From Neophaeotheca triangularis (Eukaryota): a stretch of DNA of 64,000 nt. Under the pieces are notes generated by a model that ran no database searches, was not told the DNA's origin, and was given only the letters and a program-made list of their open reading frames with translations. Below are positions 25,867-36,679 of this stretch, in pieces (the first letter of the stretch is position 1; the number at the start of each line of letters is the position of its first letter). Position numbers and translations under genes: made by a program. The stretch spans positions 372,001-436,000 of the forward strand of contig BAAIJX010000007.1 of the NCBI GenBank assembly GCA_054600435.1, read 5' to 3'.

Positions 25867-28438
25867 ATGGAGGACGGCGCATCGGGGCAGGAAGATGGTG
25901 GGCGCATCGCTATCAAACGATCCGTTAGTGACATCGGCCCCTTCAGACGCTGCACTGTACTGACTAGCCCACCAAGTGCGACGCTTGTCGAGCACGCAAG
26001 ATACGGTAAGGCACCTGGACGACTCGATTTATCTATAGATTTTTGATTAGTCTTGCGCATGTCGCTCGGAAGAGTGCTGACCCTTTCTCAGATGCGACCG
26101 CTTATCACCCTGCTCGCATTGCCGCGCAGCTCAAATCAGTATGTGGCGTGCACCTTCTTTAGATGGTGATGCCTGCTAACCAAGCGGTCGTCAGCTTGCC
26201 GTACCACTGCGCAGAGACCCAGAGAGGCTCGCTCAAGAGTGGTCATTTCGAACGAATAGTCAGTAACCGTCGCAGACAATCCCTCACTCGTCGAAGGGAC
26301 GGCTGATCAGGCAACAGTGAGAAGAAGATTGATGGGATCGAAACCCGTCTTTCCTCTGTCGAAAGTCTGCTTCGTCAGACGCTTGATTCCCTGACAAGCG
26401 TACAAGACAAGCCGGTTCGCTCTTCTATGAACACTCCTGCCAGTAGCCTCGGTGGACAGCGAAAGACGCCTGCTCCTGCCAGGGTTGCCACCGAGGAAGA
26501 GGCGTTTGAGGGGTTCACGAGCACCAATGCCCATTCGCAGGTTGCCACCAACATCGTTGAACAAACATTGGGCCAAGATCCAGCTGCGTGGCAGGACGCA
26601 CAGCTTCACAGTGCTCTCAAGTCACTACGCGACCTGGCCAGCAAGATGCAGAAACCACCGACTCGCGTCCCCACAGAGGCTCATGTCCTCCTTCCTACTG
26701 ATAGTGAGACCGAAGAGATGCTGTCCCGGCACGACATGGAAGATCTGCTTAGAAGAGTCTGCTGTAAGGCCATCCTTTGCCCCACCACTCCGCCGTATCT
26801 TGCTAATAGTTACCTCGATAAGCTGGTGAAACGCTCACAGTCCCATTGATCCTGCCGTTCTTGTCGAAGTCTAGGTTTTCGGCACGCTGCGAAGAATGGT
26901 ACGCTGATCCAGACAATGCCCCTAAGCCCATGGAACTCTACATAAGCGGCTGTTTCTACTCCATATGCTGCGAGATGAGCGCTATGGAGGCAAAAGAGTC
27001 TGCTGCCCAGCATTACTATCGTCTGGGTCTCATCTGTGAACGACGCCTGGAGAAGGCTTTGACCGACGTGAGCCTTATGATGCCTGCCACTCGTGACAAT
27101 GTGGAGGCTCTCATTGCTGCAGTATGTACAAAACGACGTTGCACGATGAAGGTATTTGATCTAACTGCGTAGGGATCCGCTGCGATCGACATGTGCAAGC
27201 CTTCTGTCTGCTTTGCTCTGGTCTGTTTGGCCACGACATTGGCGCAGAATCTCGGGTACCACCGATACAGCACCATGACCGCCGATACCGAACCCGAAAG
27301 ACAAGACAAGATAATTACATTTTGGTCATTGTATCTGCTGGATCGAAGCGTCGCTCTACGCCTCGGCAGAGCTCCCGCGATCCAGGACTACGATATTTCG
27401 CTGCCTTATCCTTCGCCGTCTGCAAAATGCTCCACGGAGGTGGCTGGACTGTTTGGGTATTGGCTGGACGTTGCCCGAGTTCAAGGGAAAATAACCGAGA
27501 AACTCTACAGTCCTGGAGCACTTTCGAGGCCTCAGGAAGAGCGTTTCCATAGCGCAGCCCAGCTGGAGGTTGAGCTCGACGCAGCATACAGTAAACGAGG
27601 ACAGTTACAGCGCATCCTCAACACCGGCAGAGACGTTGGCCGTGACACTTCGATCCGCGAGTCATACGAGGACGTTCTGCTGAACAGCGACTACGTAATG
27701 CATTATAGCATATTAGCGTTGGTCCAGTATGCCAAGCCGGCTAGTCCTGGAGAGCCTTCACCTGCCCTTGATGCCGCGAGAAAGGCTTTGCGCCTCTTTC
27801 ACGCCCGACCGGTGCGCGATGAAGTTAATGTGTACTTTTGGGTGAGCTACTGCCACTGGTAAGGACCTCATGTCGTGTGACTACTGTGAGATCTGCAGAC
27901 CAGTCAACTAACAGGCGAAACCAGGATTATAATGAACTGCCCATTTACGCCATCTCTCGTAGTCTTTTGCCACATCATCAGTTCACAGTCGAGCCAAGAA
28001 AGTGGCACTGACCTTGAGCTACTCAACAACTTCGTCGACAGTCTAAAGACAGCATCGCATGTTTCAGATGGCGTGAACAAGCTCTATCAACTCTGCTCAG
28101 TGTTCTGCAATGTTGCAGAGTCCTACGTGCGTGCCAAACGGCAGAAAGAGGAAGTAGCTTCTCAGCAAGCTTTCATGACACAGCTTCCAAACGAACCCGC
28201 AAACGCTCTGGAGGAGTTTGACGGTTATCTGGCAACGATCGGATTGGCTCCGCCAACGCTGACGGATGGTGCTGGGATGGCGGACATTGGCAACCCCAAC
28301 GACCACATCTCGGCCGCTGGGCAGGACATGTCTACCTATCTACAAGATTGGTACTCTGGTAACGTCTCTCTGCTGGGTCTCTTGGAACAGGACATAGGTC
28401 ATGGCAACTTCGGCGCCGACCAAGCATATGGCCCCTGA
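25867..28438 (+). CDS. Zn(II)2Cys6 transcription factor with fungal-specific middle homology region; exons 25867-25923, 25977-26005, 26092-26138, 26195-26258, 26318-26763, 26823-27121, 27173-27858, 27925-28438
   Basis: Splicing gives CDACRARKIRCDRLSPCSHCRAAQITC, then coiled-coil YEKKIDGIETRL and MHR motif LAQNLGYHR...FWSLYLLDRSVALRLGRAPAIQDYD. All seven introns are GT-AG and phase-consistent. Confidence 0.92.
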
Positions 28439-29058
28439 GCACCAATCGTTGGCGCGTCAATGGGTTCAATGCCCTGTTCGACTATCGCGGGTTCCTCTGG
28501 GATAAGGCTGGGCGTCATTTGCATGTGGCATCAGCCTGGCGATATCAAGCACCTGGCCGATGCTACTACCTTCAGGCGGCGCCCAGAGGTATTGACCTTC
28601 CAGTGGATCCGGCACCTCCAAGCTTGAGACAGTGGCTACAATTGAAGGCACTCAGCACGGAACAGGCTCGCTCGGTCTTTAGGCAGGATCGATGTCTCTG
28701 ATCTAGTCTCTTCGGACAGAGGAAGAAAGATGTCTGCGATATTATTACCAGCAATAGCTTGATCTAGAGCGTCGATATATTCGGACCCCAAAGAGCTGGA
28801 GAGGATGCACCCAACGACTAAAGGTTACCACTTTTCTCGACCCATACGTATACGACCTGACTCCGCTCACACGGCGAGCGGTGGGTAGTAAAATGGCTTT
28901 CCCCGTCTACTACCACGAGGTTACCAGACATTGAAACGCAGGCTCTAATCGCGAGTAGTGATTGTTGTCGTGACATGAGCTTGCTGGGGGATGACTAGCG
29001 GAACTAAAGCATCAATCTCGAGTGCAAGACAAATCCATACTATATCTTGCTTCAAGCT

Positions 29059-30024
29059 TCACGATACTGGGCTGACCTCACCGAATCGGTATTGAGCCCA
29101 GCTCATCGAGCCTTCCGGCAAAGTCCACAGTCTCTCTCCTTTATCGTTTCCGGCTGCTCCAGCCCCGATATGTATCGGTAACAAGTGCTCAAGACTCGGG
29201 TGGGCCTTCCTGGCATCCGGTCGCTTGAGCAAGTTCCTCATGGCCTCCTGACGTTGGCCTACGGGTGCTTCCACTGCCTCTCTCAGCGCTTCGTCGAAAC
29301 TGGTTGCGTAGGGAAGAGCTCCCGGCATACTGAGCGCTTGCCACATGTCTCGCAGGTTGTGAACGGCCATGCCGCTCACGATAATCTGCACGCCTTCTTC
29401 GCGTAGGCTGGAGATTGCTTGGCCGAGTCGATAGTGCATGTCGGCATCATCAGAGGCGAAGAGGCTGACTTGGACCAGCGGAACTTTGAGAGGGTTCGAT
29501 TCGGGATTGAAAGCAACCATGAAGGGCGCCCACACTCCGTGATCCAGACCACGCTGGACGCCTTTTGCTTTGATCCCTGCGTGCTTGAAGAGGGATAGCA
29601 CCTTCTCGGCGAGTTCCGGGGACCCCTGATTAGGATACTTGAACGAGTAGTAGTGGTCTGGGAATCCCATAAAGTCGTAGATGAGATCTGTCAACGGTGC
29701 GTTGTTGACCTGGATGCTGCCGTCTCGTGGACCCTGCCAGTGAGCGCTAAAGACGACGACAGCTTTTGGCTTGACTTGGGTAGTGATCTCTTTGCCAATG
29801 CTTTGGAGTTTGGCGTAGGCTGGGTGCTCTGTCTCTTCCATTACGTTTGGGCCGCCGTGGCTCATGAAGTATACTGGAGTGCGAGTCATGTTTGATGCTG
29901 TGGTTGTTGATATCGAGGGAAAGTAGTCGCTCGCTGTGTTAAATAGCAGCCAACCGACAAGGACGGGGATGAGGAAGCCTGCTGTAAGTGCCAGGGGGTA
30001 TGAGGCGAGCGAGGTCAGATGCAT
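29059..30024 (-). CDS. LigB-family extradiol ring-cleavage dioxygenase (DODA/YgiD-like); alternative start at 29889
   Basis: Motifs YFMSHGGP, FSAHW, LIYDFMGFP, RGLDHGVW, PLVQVSL, SGMAVHNL, AHPSLEHLLP. Confidence 0.92.
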   Translation of the reverse strand: MHLTSLASYPLALTAGFLIPVLVGWLLFNTASDYFPSISTTTASNMTRTPVYFMSHGGPNVMEETEHPAYAKLQSIGKEITTQVKPKAVVVFSAHWQGPRDGSIQVNNAPLTDLIYDFMGFPDHYYSFKYPNQGSPELAEKVLSLFKHAGIKAKGVQRGLDHGVWAPFMVAFNPESNPLKVPLVQVSLFASDDADMHYRLGQAISSLREEGVQIIVSGMAVHNLRDMWQALSMPGALPYATSFDEALREAVEAPVGQRQEAMRNLLKRPDARKAHPSLEHLLPIHIGAGAAGNDKGERLWTLPEGSMSWAQYRFGEVSPVS

Positions 30025-30334
30025 ATAGAGGTTGCTTTAGTCGTAGTGAACAAAGCAATGTACGAGATAGTAATCGAAGCGCTGAATGATGTAGTAATCA
30101 AAGAAGCGAGGAGAGCAAACACGGTGAACGAACGATGAAACGAGTTTACTTGCACAGCAGTTTACAATTGATATATGCTCTTCAAAAGTACTTGGACCGA
30201 GCTCTGGCTTATGGCATACAGCGGAGCGCTTTCCGCAGTACCTAGGTATTTACCGACGTCATGCTCAACTTCTCAATTGCGCTCTGCGAGAACCCGAACC
30301 GCATCAACAAAAACGATATTCCAACTAATCCACC

Positions 30335-31137
30335 ATGTCAGGGCCAGCAGCAATTGTTGTCCCGGCGGTTCGCCGTCACACCTCCACCTGCATCGTCGCC
30401 CACGGTCTGGGAGACAGGTAAGTCGAGCACAACCCTCCGTCACCACCACCACTACCACCATTGCGCAAGCAAAAGATCACCTAGAGCTAACAGAACCGTC
30501 CCCCTCCCCCAGCGGCGCAGGCTGGTCCTTCCTAGCCGAAAACTTCCGCCGACGCAACACCTTCCCAGAAACAAAATTCATCTTCCCCAACGCGCCCTCG
30601 ATCCCCATCACCGTCAACATGGGCATGCGCATGCCGGGCTGGTACGACATCACCGACTTCAGCGACCTAGCGAACCGCAGCGAAGACGAGCCAGGGATCA
30701 CGCGCTCCCAGCAAACCCTGCACTCCCTCATCGCCGACGAGATAGCGGCAGGCATCCCCAGCGAGCGCATCGTGCTGGGCGGGTTCAGCCAGGGCGGCGC
30801 CATGGCGCTCATGGCGGGCATCACGGCTCCGACGAAATTGGGCGGCATTTTCGGGCTGAGCTCGTACTTGCTGCTGCAGGGCAAAGTGAGGGACATGGTT
30901 CCCAAGGACAACCCGAACAAGGCCACGCCCATTTTCATGGGCCATGGCGATGCCGATCCCATTGTACGGTATGAGTGGGGCCAGAAGACGAGTGAGGTTT
31001 TGCAAGGGTGGGGTTGGAAGGTGGATTTCAAGACGTATGCGGGTCTGCCGCATTCGGCTGCGCCCGAGGAGATTGATGATTTGGAGAAGTATTTGCTGGA
31101 GAGGTTGCCGGGGGTGGAGAAGGAGGGGGCCTTATGA
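30335..31137 (+). CDS. Acyl-protein thioesterase 1 / lysophospholipase (alpha/beta hydrolase); exons 30335-30417 and 30513-31137
   Basis: MSGPAAIVVPAVRRHTSTCIVAHGLGDS|GAGW...FPNAPSIPITVNMGMRMPGWYDI...GGFSQGG...HGDADP...LPHSA (Ser-Asp-His triad); in-frame stop just upstream of ATG 30335. Confidence 0.94.
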
Positions 31138-31440
31138 CTTACGAATAGGGAAACGGGGGCGAGGGAGCCTTGGGATGCTGGGGAGATTCGGGTGGTTTTT
31201 ACATTGGTGCTGGCGGTGGGGATGTGGCTGCTTATTGTGGCGGGTTGGAGGCGCTGGCGCCGGGATGAAAGAGCCACGTTAGATGGGATGGATGGGTTGC
31301 GTTAGGCTTGCTGGAAAAGGGCATCGAATGGCAAAACCTGAAACCACGACACTGTCATAGAAGCATGGACATTACTAGCATATCTAGACTACATGGCAAA
31401 AGCCCTGTGCCAATCTCGATCGCCCGGTGAGAAAAGTCTC

Positions 31441-33082
31441 CTATACCGTCTCGATGTAGCGTCGCACCTCCCTGTTGAGCATTAGCATCCATACCACAAG
31501 AATCGCAAAAGTAACGACTTACCAATCAGTAACAGCCTCGTCCCAAAGCCGGACTTCATGCTCCCTCGTGCCAGCATAGTGGTCCACGAAATCGTCCCCA
31601 AACACCTCACGCGCAATACTTCCCTTCCGCGCAAACCGCTCAGTGGCATCCTTGAGGCTCTTCGCCAGCCTTTCGCCCTTGTCATCCGCACTGCCAACAT
31701 CTTGGCCCTTGCCCAGTGGAGGAATCGGAATCTCCAGCTTCTTCTCCACGCCCCGCCATCCGAGTGCGAGGATAGTGGCCAAGACAAGGTAGGCGTTTGT
31801 GTCCGCGCCTGGCACACGTACCTCGAATCGCGTGGCCTTGGGCGACGAGAGGGGTGGCGAGATGAGCCGTATGGATGCTGCACGGTGCTCTAGACCCCAA
31901 GAGACGGTCACCGGCGCCCAGAAGTTCTCTACTAGTCTCTTGTAGCTGTTGATAGTGGGCGCGACAATGGGCATCACGTCGGGCAGACCCTCAAGCAGAC
32001 CAGCCAGAAAGTGTCGGCCGACGTCGGACAAGTACTTGAGGTCGGGATACGGAGGGTTAGGATCCGGCTCGTCTCTCGCGAAGAGGTTGGCCTTTGTCTT
32101 TTGATCCACAAGCGAGACGTGCATGTGCCCGCTGTTGCCTGGCAGGTTCGCGCGAGGCTTGGCCATGAAGCATGGCGTGATGCCAAACTTGTTTGCAATG
32201 TTCTTGACAGTGAGCTTGAATAGCACCGCTCGGTCTGCCATCTCTCTGATTTCGTCAAACTCGAGGGCAGCTTCGTAGACTCCAGGCCCGGATTCGGTAT
32301 GCCAGCCTTCAATGTCGCAGCGAATTTGACGGCAAGCGTCGTACACGCCATAGTAATAGTCTTGATTGTGTCCTGGACGAGTCAAGCTATACGCAAACAT
32401 GCCTTCCTCCAAGCTCGGCAGACTCTCTACAGGGTTCTCGCGCAAAAACGTCGCAGTCGCGGAGGAGTTGCGATCGGTCGAGTTGGGAGGAACGCTTGAA
32501 TTTTGAGGCGTGCGGAACTGGTAAAATTCGTATTCGGCTATGGACACACACGCGCCTTGTCAGCGGTGGTGGACTTGTAGAATGGCGCATCGCGCTTTTC
32601 ATGCTCGTAGGAGCCTTCAACACGATGCCGATGCAGCTCATCTTACCTCCTGCCATAGCGCCAATACCCTTGGCGCCAATCTTCGAGCATGCCCTCTCCA
32701 AGACACTCCTTGGACATGCGCTCAAGCTATTCCCGTCCGGCTCCCTGAAGCTGCATAGGAAGAAGGGGACGTTGTTCTCCCATGGAATGCGCCTGTAAGT
32801 GCTCAAGTCGACTTTCGCCAGTATGTCCCTATAACCGTTTTCGGCGTTGCTGATTTTAAGCTCTTTGAAATACGTCTGGTCATGCTGGTCCCAACCAAAG
32901 ATGACGCTGCAGAAGCCAAATCCGGACTCTGCGATGGATAGGAACTTCTTCTTGCTCATCAACTTGCCGCGCATCTGGCCGTCGATATCAGTGCCTCCGA
33001 CTTTGACCGAGTGATCATCTTGCAGCAGCTGCGGGAGTTGTGCGAGCGTGAGCTGCTGCGCCGTCTCTTGCGAAGCCGCCAT
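31441..33082 (-). CDS. Glutamine synthetase-like protein (gamma-glutamyl-amine ligase, GlnA4/PuuA-like); exons 33082-32647, 32537-31523, 31471-31441
   Basis: DIDGQMRGK, AEYEF, WHTESGPGVYE, GNSGHMHVSL, NSYKRL, RFEVRVPGADTNAYL, C-terminal VTDWEVRRYIETV*. Confidence 0.93.
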
Positions 33083-34064
33083 TGTACTATCTGTTGTGAA
33101 TGGTGCTGGCTCAGTCGTTGCTGGCGAAGGTCACGATATGTCTGCCTATCGGTCCAGTGGTTTGGATTTGCTGATTTACGTCAATCGAGCAATGTTGAAT
33201 GCTCGTGGTATGGGGAAGGAGAGCAAGTTATAGAAGAGGTGACAGATACAACAGATACAAGTAGGCAAAGAGTTGAGCTGTGATTACTAGTTGCGTGAAG
33301 CTCTAGACCTCATAATCTACTACAGCTCACTAGCGCGGATCATGTCAGCTCTAGCTTCCTTCGCTAACGGTGCATGTGCCCTTGATGCTCATTATTGCTT
33401 TTGCCTTTGTCCTTATCCCAACCTCACTTCCTCTTCATGTCTTGGACGTGTATTATTATAGATTTTGATTTTGATTTTGATTTCTTCCTGTGCAAAATCA
33501 CGTCCAGCGAACTGTACTGCGGGGCCAGGCCTGGAGTCCTTAAAGCCACAACACAACAAAGTGCTAGGTAGTGTTGTTCCAACCATGGCCCGCAACAATG
33601 GGGATTAGGAGCTACCTTGTGGATCAACTGCAGTACTACTAGTATTACTCACGCCTATACGTTGTCCGGTCATGAGTTGAGCATTCTGGTAAGATCAGAC
33701 TAAGCGTGTCCTTGGCTTGGGTGTCAGTCAATAATGCCCGTCCAGTGTTTTGAGGACCTGGATGCCTGATCAGTGAGGTGTTACGGGCAGCTTCGGCGGA
33801 CCCTCACCGACGGCGCCGCGGGCAGCAATCGAGCTTATCGGGCGGTGAGAAACTTCGAGGTTATGAATGAGTAATAAGGACGATGCACATCTTTCAGCAA
33901 GGTTAGATACCGCGAGAACACACCTCAGTTCCGTCGTTCATCATCAAGTTGAATCCAAGTCGTGTATCAAATACCAGCAGACAAGGAACAGCAGCCATCC
34001 ACTGCTTCCCAGATTCTTCATTCAAAGCTTAAAAGAATCTTCTTCAAGCGTCACTTTCAACAAG

Positions 34065-35089
34065 ATGGCGAGTATCCCCCGACCTGATCATGGTACAATA
34101 CATAGCTAACGGGACGGCAGGCATCCAACGCCAGTGCACCTCGCGGTCGTCTCGCAGGCAAGAATGCCGTCATCACTGGAGCAGCTGGGTAAGACGAGCA
34201 CTTCACACTTTTCGTGTTAGGAAGACCGATAAACTAAAACTATGGTCACCACAGTGGCATCGGTCTTGAAACGACCATCTTGTTCCTCCGTGAAGGTGCC
34301 TCCGTTGTCATGGCCGACATATCTGAGCCCGCATTGGAGAAGGCTGTAACCAAGGCCAAGGAGATGGCTCCTCAGATGACAGGTCAGGTCGCCACCAAGA
34401 AGTGCGATGTCAGCAAGGAGTCCGATGTGCAGGCCGTTATCGACAGCCTTGATCCCTGGGGCGGTCTAGACATCATATTCAACAACGCTGGTATCATGCA
34501 CGGCGATGATGCTGGTGAGTACCATGCCCACGTGAAAGTGCAAAAGATTCTGACCCGCCATGTAGACGCCATCGACACCCCTGAGAGGATCTGGGACCTG
34601 ACTCACAACATCAACGTCAAGGGTGTGTGGTATGGTAGCAAGCACGCCGTGCTCGCACTCCGAAAGCACAAGAAGCAACGCGGCTCCATCATCAACACAG
34701 CTTCGGTTGTGGCCCTCGTCGGCTCCGCCACCCCCCAACTCGCCTACACGGCCTCGAAGGGTGCCGTCCTCGCCATGACCCGCGAGCTGGCCATTGTGCA
34801 CGCTCGCGAGGGCTTCCGTTTCAACGCCCTCTGCCCTGCGCCTTTGAACACACCACTGCTGCAGGACTGGCTGGGCGATGATCAGCCCAAGAGGCACAGG
34901 CGCGAGGTTCACTTCCCGACTGGCAGGTTCGGTGAGGCTGTTGAGCAAGCGCAAGCGGTTGTTTTCCTTGCGAGCGATGAGAGCAGCTTCGTCAACGCCA
35001 CCGACTTTGTCGTGGACGGAGGAATGACCAGGGCTTATGTGACGCCCGAGGGCCCTCCCTCTGCGGCACCGGCAAACTTGGCCAAGTAG
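34065..35089 (+). CDS. Classical short-chain dehydrogenase/reductase; exons 34065-34067, 34121-34188, 34255-34514, 34566-35089
   Basis: GRLAGKNAVITGAAGGIG Rossmann motif, NNAGI, YTASK catalytic motif, VDGG. The first exon depends on a GC-AG intron (see findings). Confidence 0.92.
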
Positions 35090-36679
35090 ATACGGTACGA
35101 CGGGGGCGGAAACTTGATGGTTGAGCCGCACAGAGCATACAAGTAGATTTGATACACGGGCCAGTGCGTGTATGATGAAACGATGCGACGCCCTGATCCC
35201 ACACCACACGCTGCTACGAGAGTTGTTCGTACATGGAAGTCGTCGAGTCCCAAATGCCTCGTGGTCGATACGTGATACGTGACGATACCTACCCAAGACG
35301 ACATGACGAGCTTCAGATGTCACATTGCCATCAGCACCCGATGATTTCCTTTGAGTGATCATCTCACATAAATGCTGCATCTTGACAAGGCTGTCGTCAG
35401 TCGGCATGGCGCTAGAGCAAGGGCGCGCGATTGGTGCACTGTTCCGGAAGCGGGCTTGATGGCTCTTGATGCAGGGCAGGGCTGGCTAGCGTCCCATCGT
35501 CACTTCTTCGTCGTTGGCATCGCATCCCGAACTCGCCGGCAATTGCAATGGAACCTTGGAACCCTTGCCTTCTTAATACATTATGTTTGCGCGAGGGGTG
35601 TTGGACTCGCGCAACAACTTTCTTATTATTACACGAAGAGTAATGATGCCGCCGGCCAGTCGTTTTTCCGATTCAGATCCGCCGTCCTATGCTAGCAGCT
35701 TGCCCTGTGTGTCGAGAACGCCCTGCGTCTTGCGGCAAAAAGCAAGCACTCGGGCGTGCACAGAAGCAACCTTGGAAGTGTCTCCGGGCAAGCTGGACGA
35801 GCGCCGACGGCGACAAGTCGGCGTCGTCGTCGTCTCCCCTCCCCCACCCCTCTCTCTATCTCTCTCTCTCTCTCTCACCGCCCGGGAAAGCGCACCTGAC
35901 GCCAGCCATCTCAAACTAACTGGCCTCCTCCACAAGTAAGCACAGGACAACGTGGACAACGCAGACTGCGCCTATCCTTTACGGACCTCTGCCGTGCAAT
36001 ACCGCGTCCAGTAGGCGGAATGGGTAGGTGCGTGATGACGTCTGATCATCACCAATTCCACCCTTTCTTAGCTACCTTCCAATTACCTACTCCCTTTATC
36101 GCATATCGCCCTCGTCAGTTCTAGACCAAGTTGGCCATACAGTTCCTCCGCCGCCGCCTTGTACGTGGACACGTCTTGGTTTGCCCCCTCTTGCTTGTCT
36201 GTACATATACCCGGACCGACTCCTCTCGCTCATCATCCTTCTCCTGCTCCTGCTGCTTTCAGTCTTCCCAACCTAAGTTACTTACCTACGAAGACGAACC
36301 TCGATAGAAGCACTGGACTATTGTAGCATCGCTTCGCATTCGACTGCAGAACACCACACCAAAGAGCCAACAAGACGAAACAGAGCTCCCGCAACTCAAC
36401 AAGGGTCCCCGAGTTCGCAATAACAATAATCACGAGCTGAGGTGGGAAGAAGTTCGATCTACGTGAAAATCATAGGACCAGGTCGCCTCAGTAGGAAAGA
36501 ACGAGGTGTGCGTCTGTGAAATCAGACAGAGCTTCCGCACACGATGGCGACAGGATTGGCGCTGAAAGGGTACGTCAGCACGAGGCGCTCCGATACATCT
36601 CAAGATATCGGCTACCTTTCCCCCCACCCAACCCCTCTTCCACACATTCACTTCTTCACTGAGAAAGGAGCTATACAAG

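Noticed and set aside
30175..30512. 320-aa ORF-track version of the thioesterase with a long N-terminus
   Set aside because: It reads through the intron and lacks the HGLGD motif, which is encoded in another frame by exon 30335-30417.
34090..34120. Alternative SDR start ATG at 34090 with a canonical GT donor at 34093
   Set aside because: It gives a 28-nt intron with a poor donor (gtacaa), much shorter than the other introns modelled here (about 50 nt or more). The 53-nt GC-AG model fits better, but this alternative is not formally excluded.
25867..35089. Secondary-metabolite gene cluster (TF, dioxygenase, thioesterase, ligase, SDR)
   Set aside because: There is no PKS, NRPS, terpene synthase or prenyltransferase, and the thioesterase is a housekeeping APT1-type enzyme. 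Only the GS-like/SDR pair has independent support as a functional unit.
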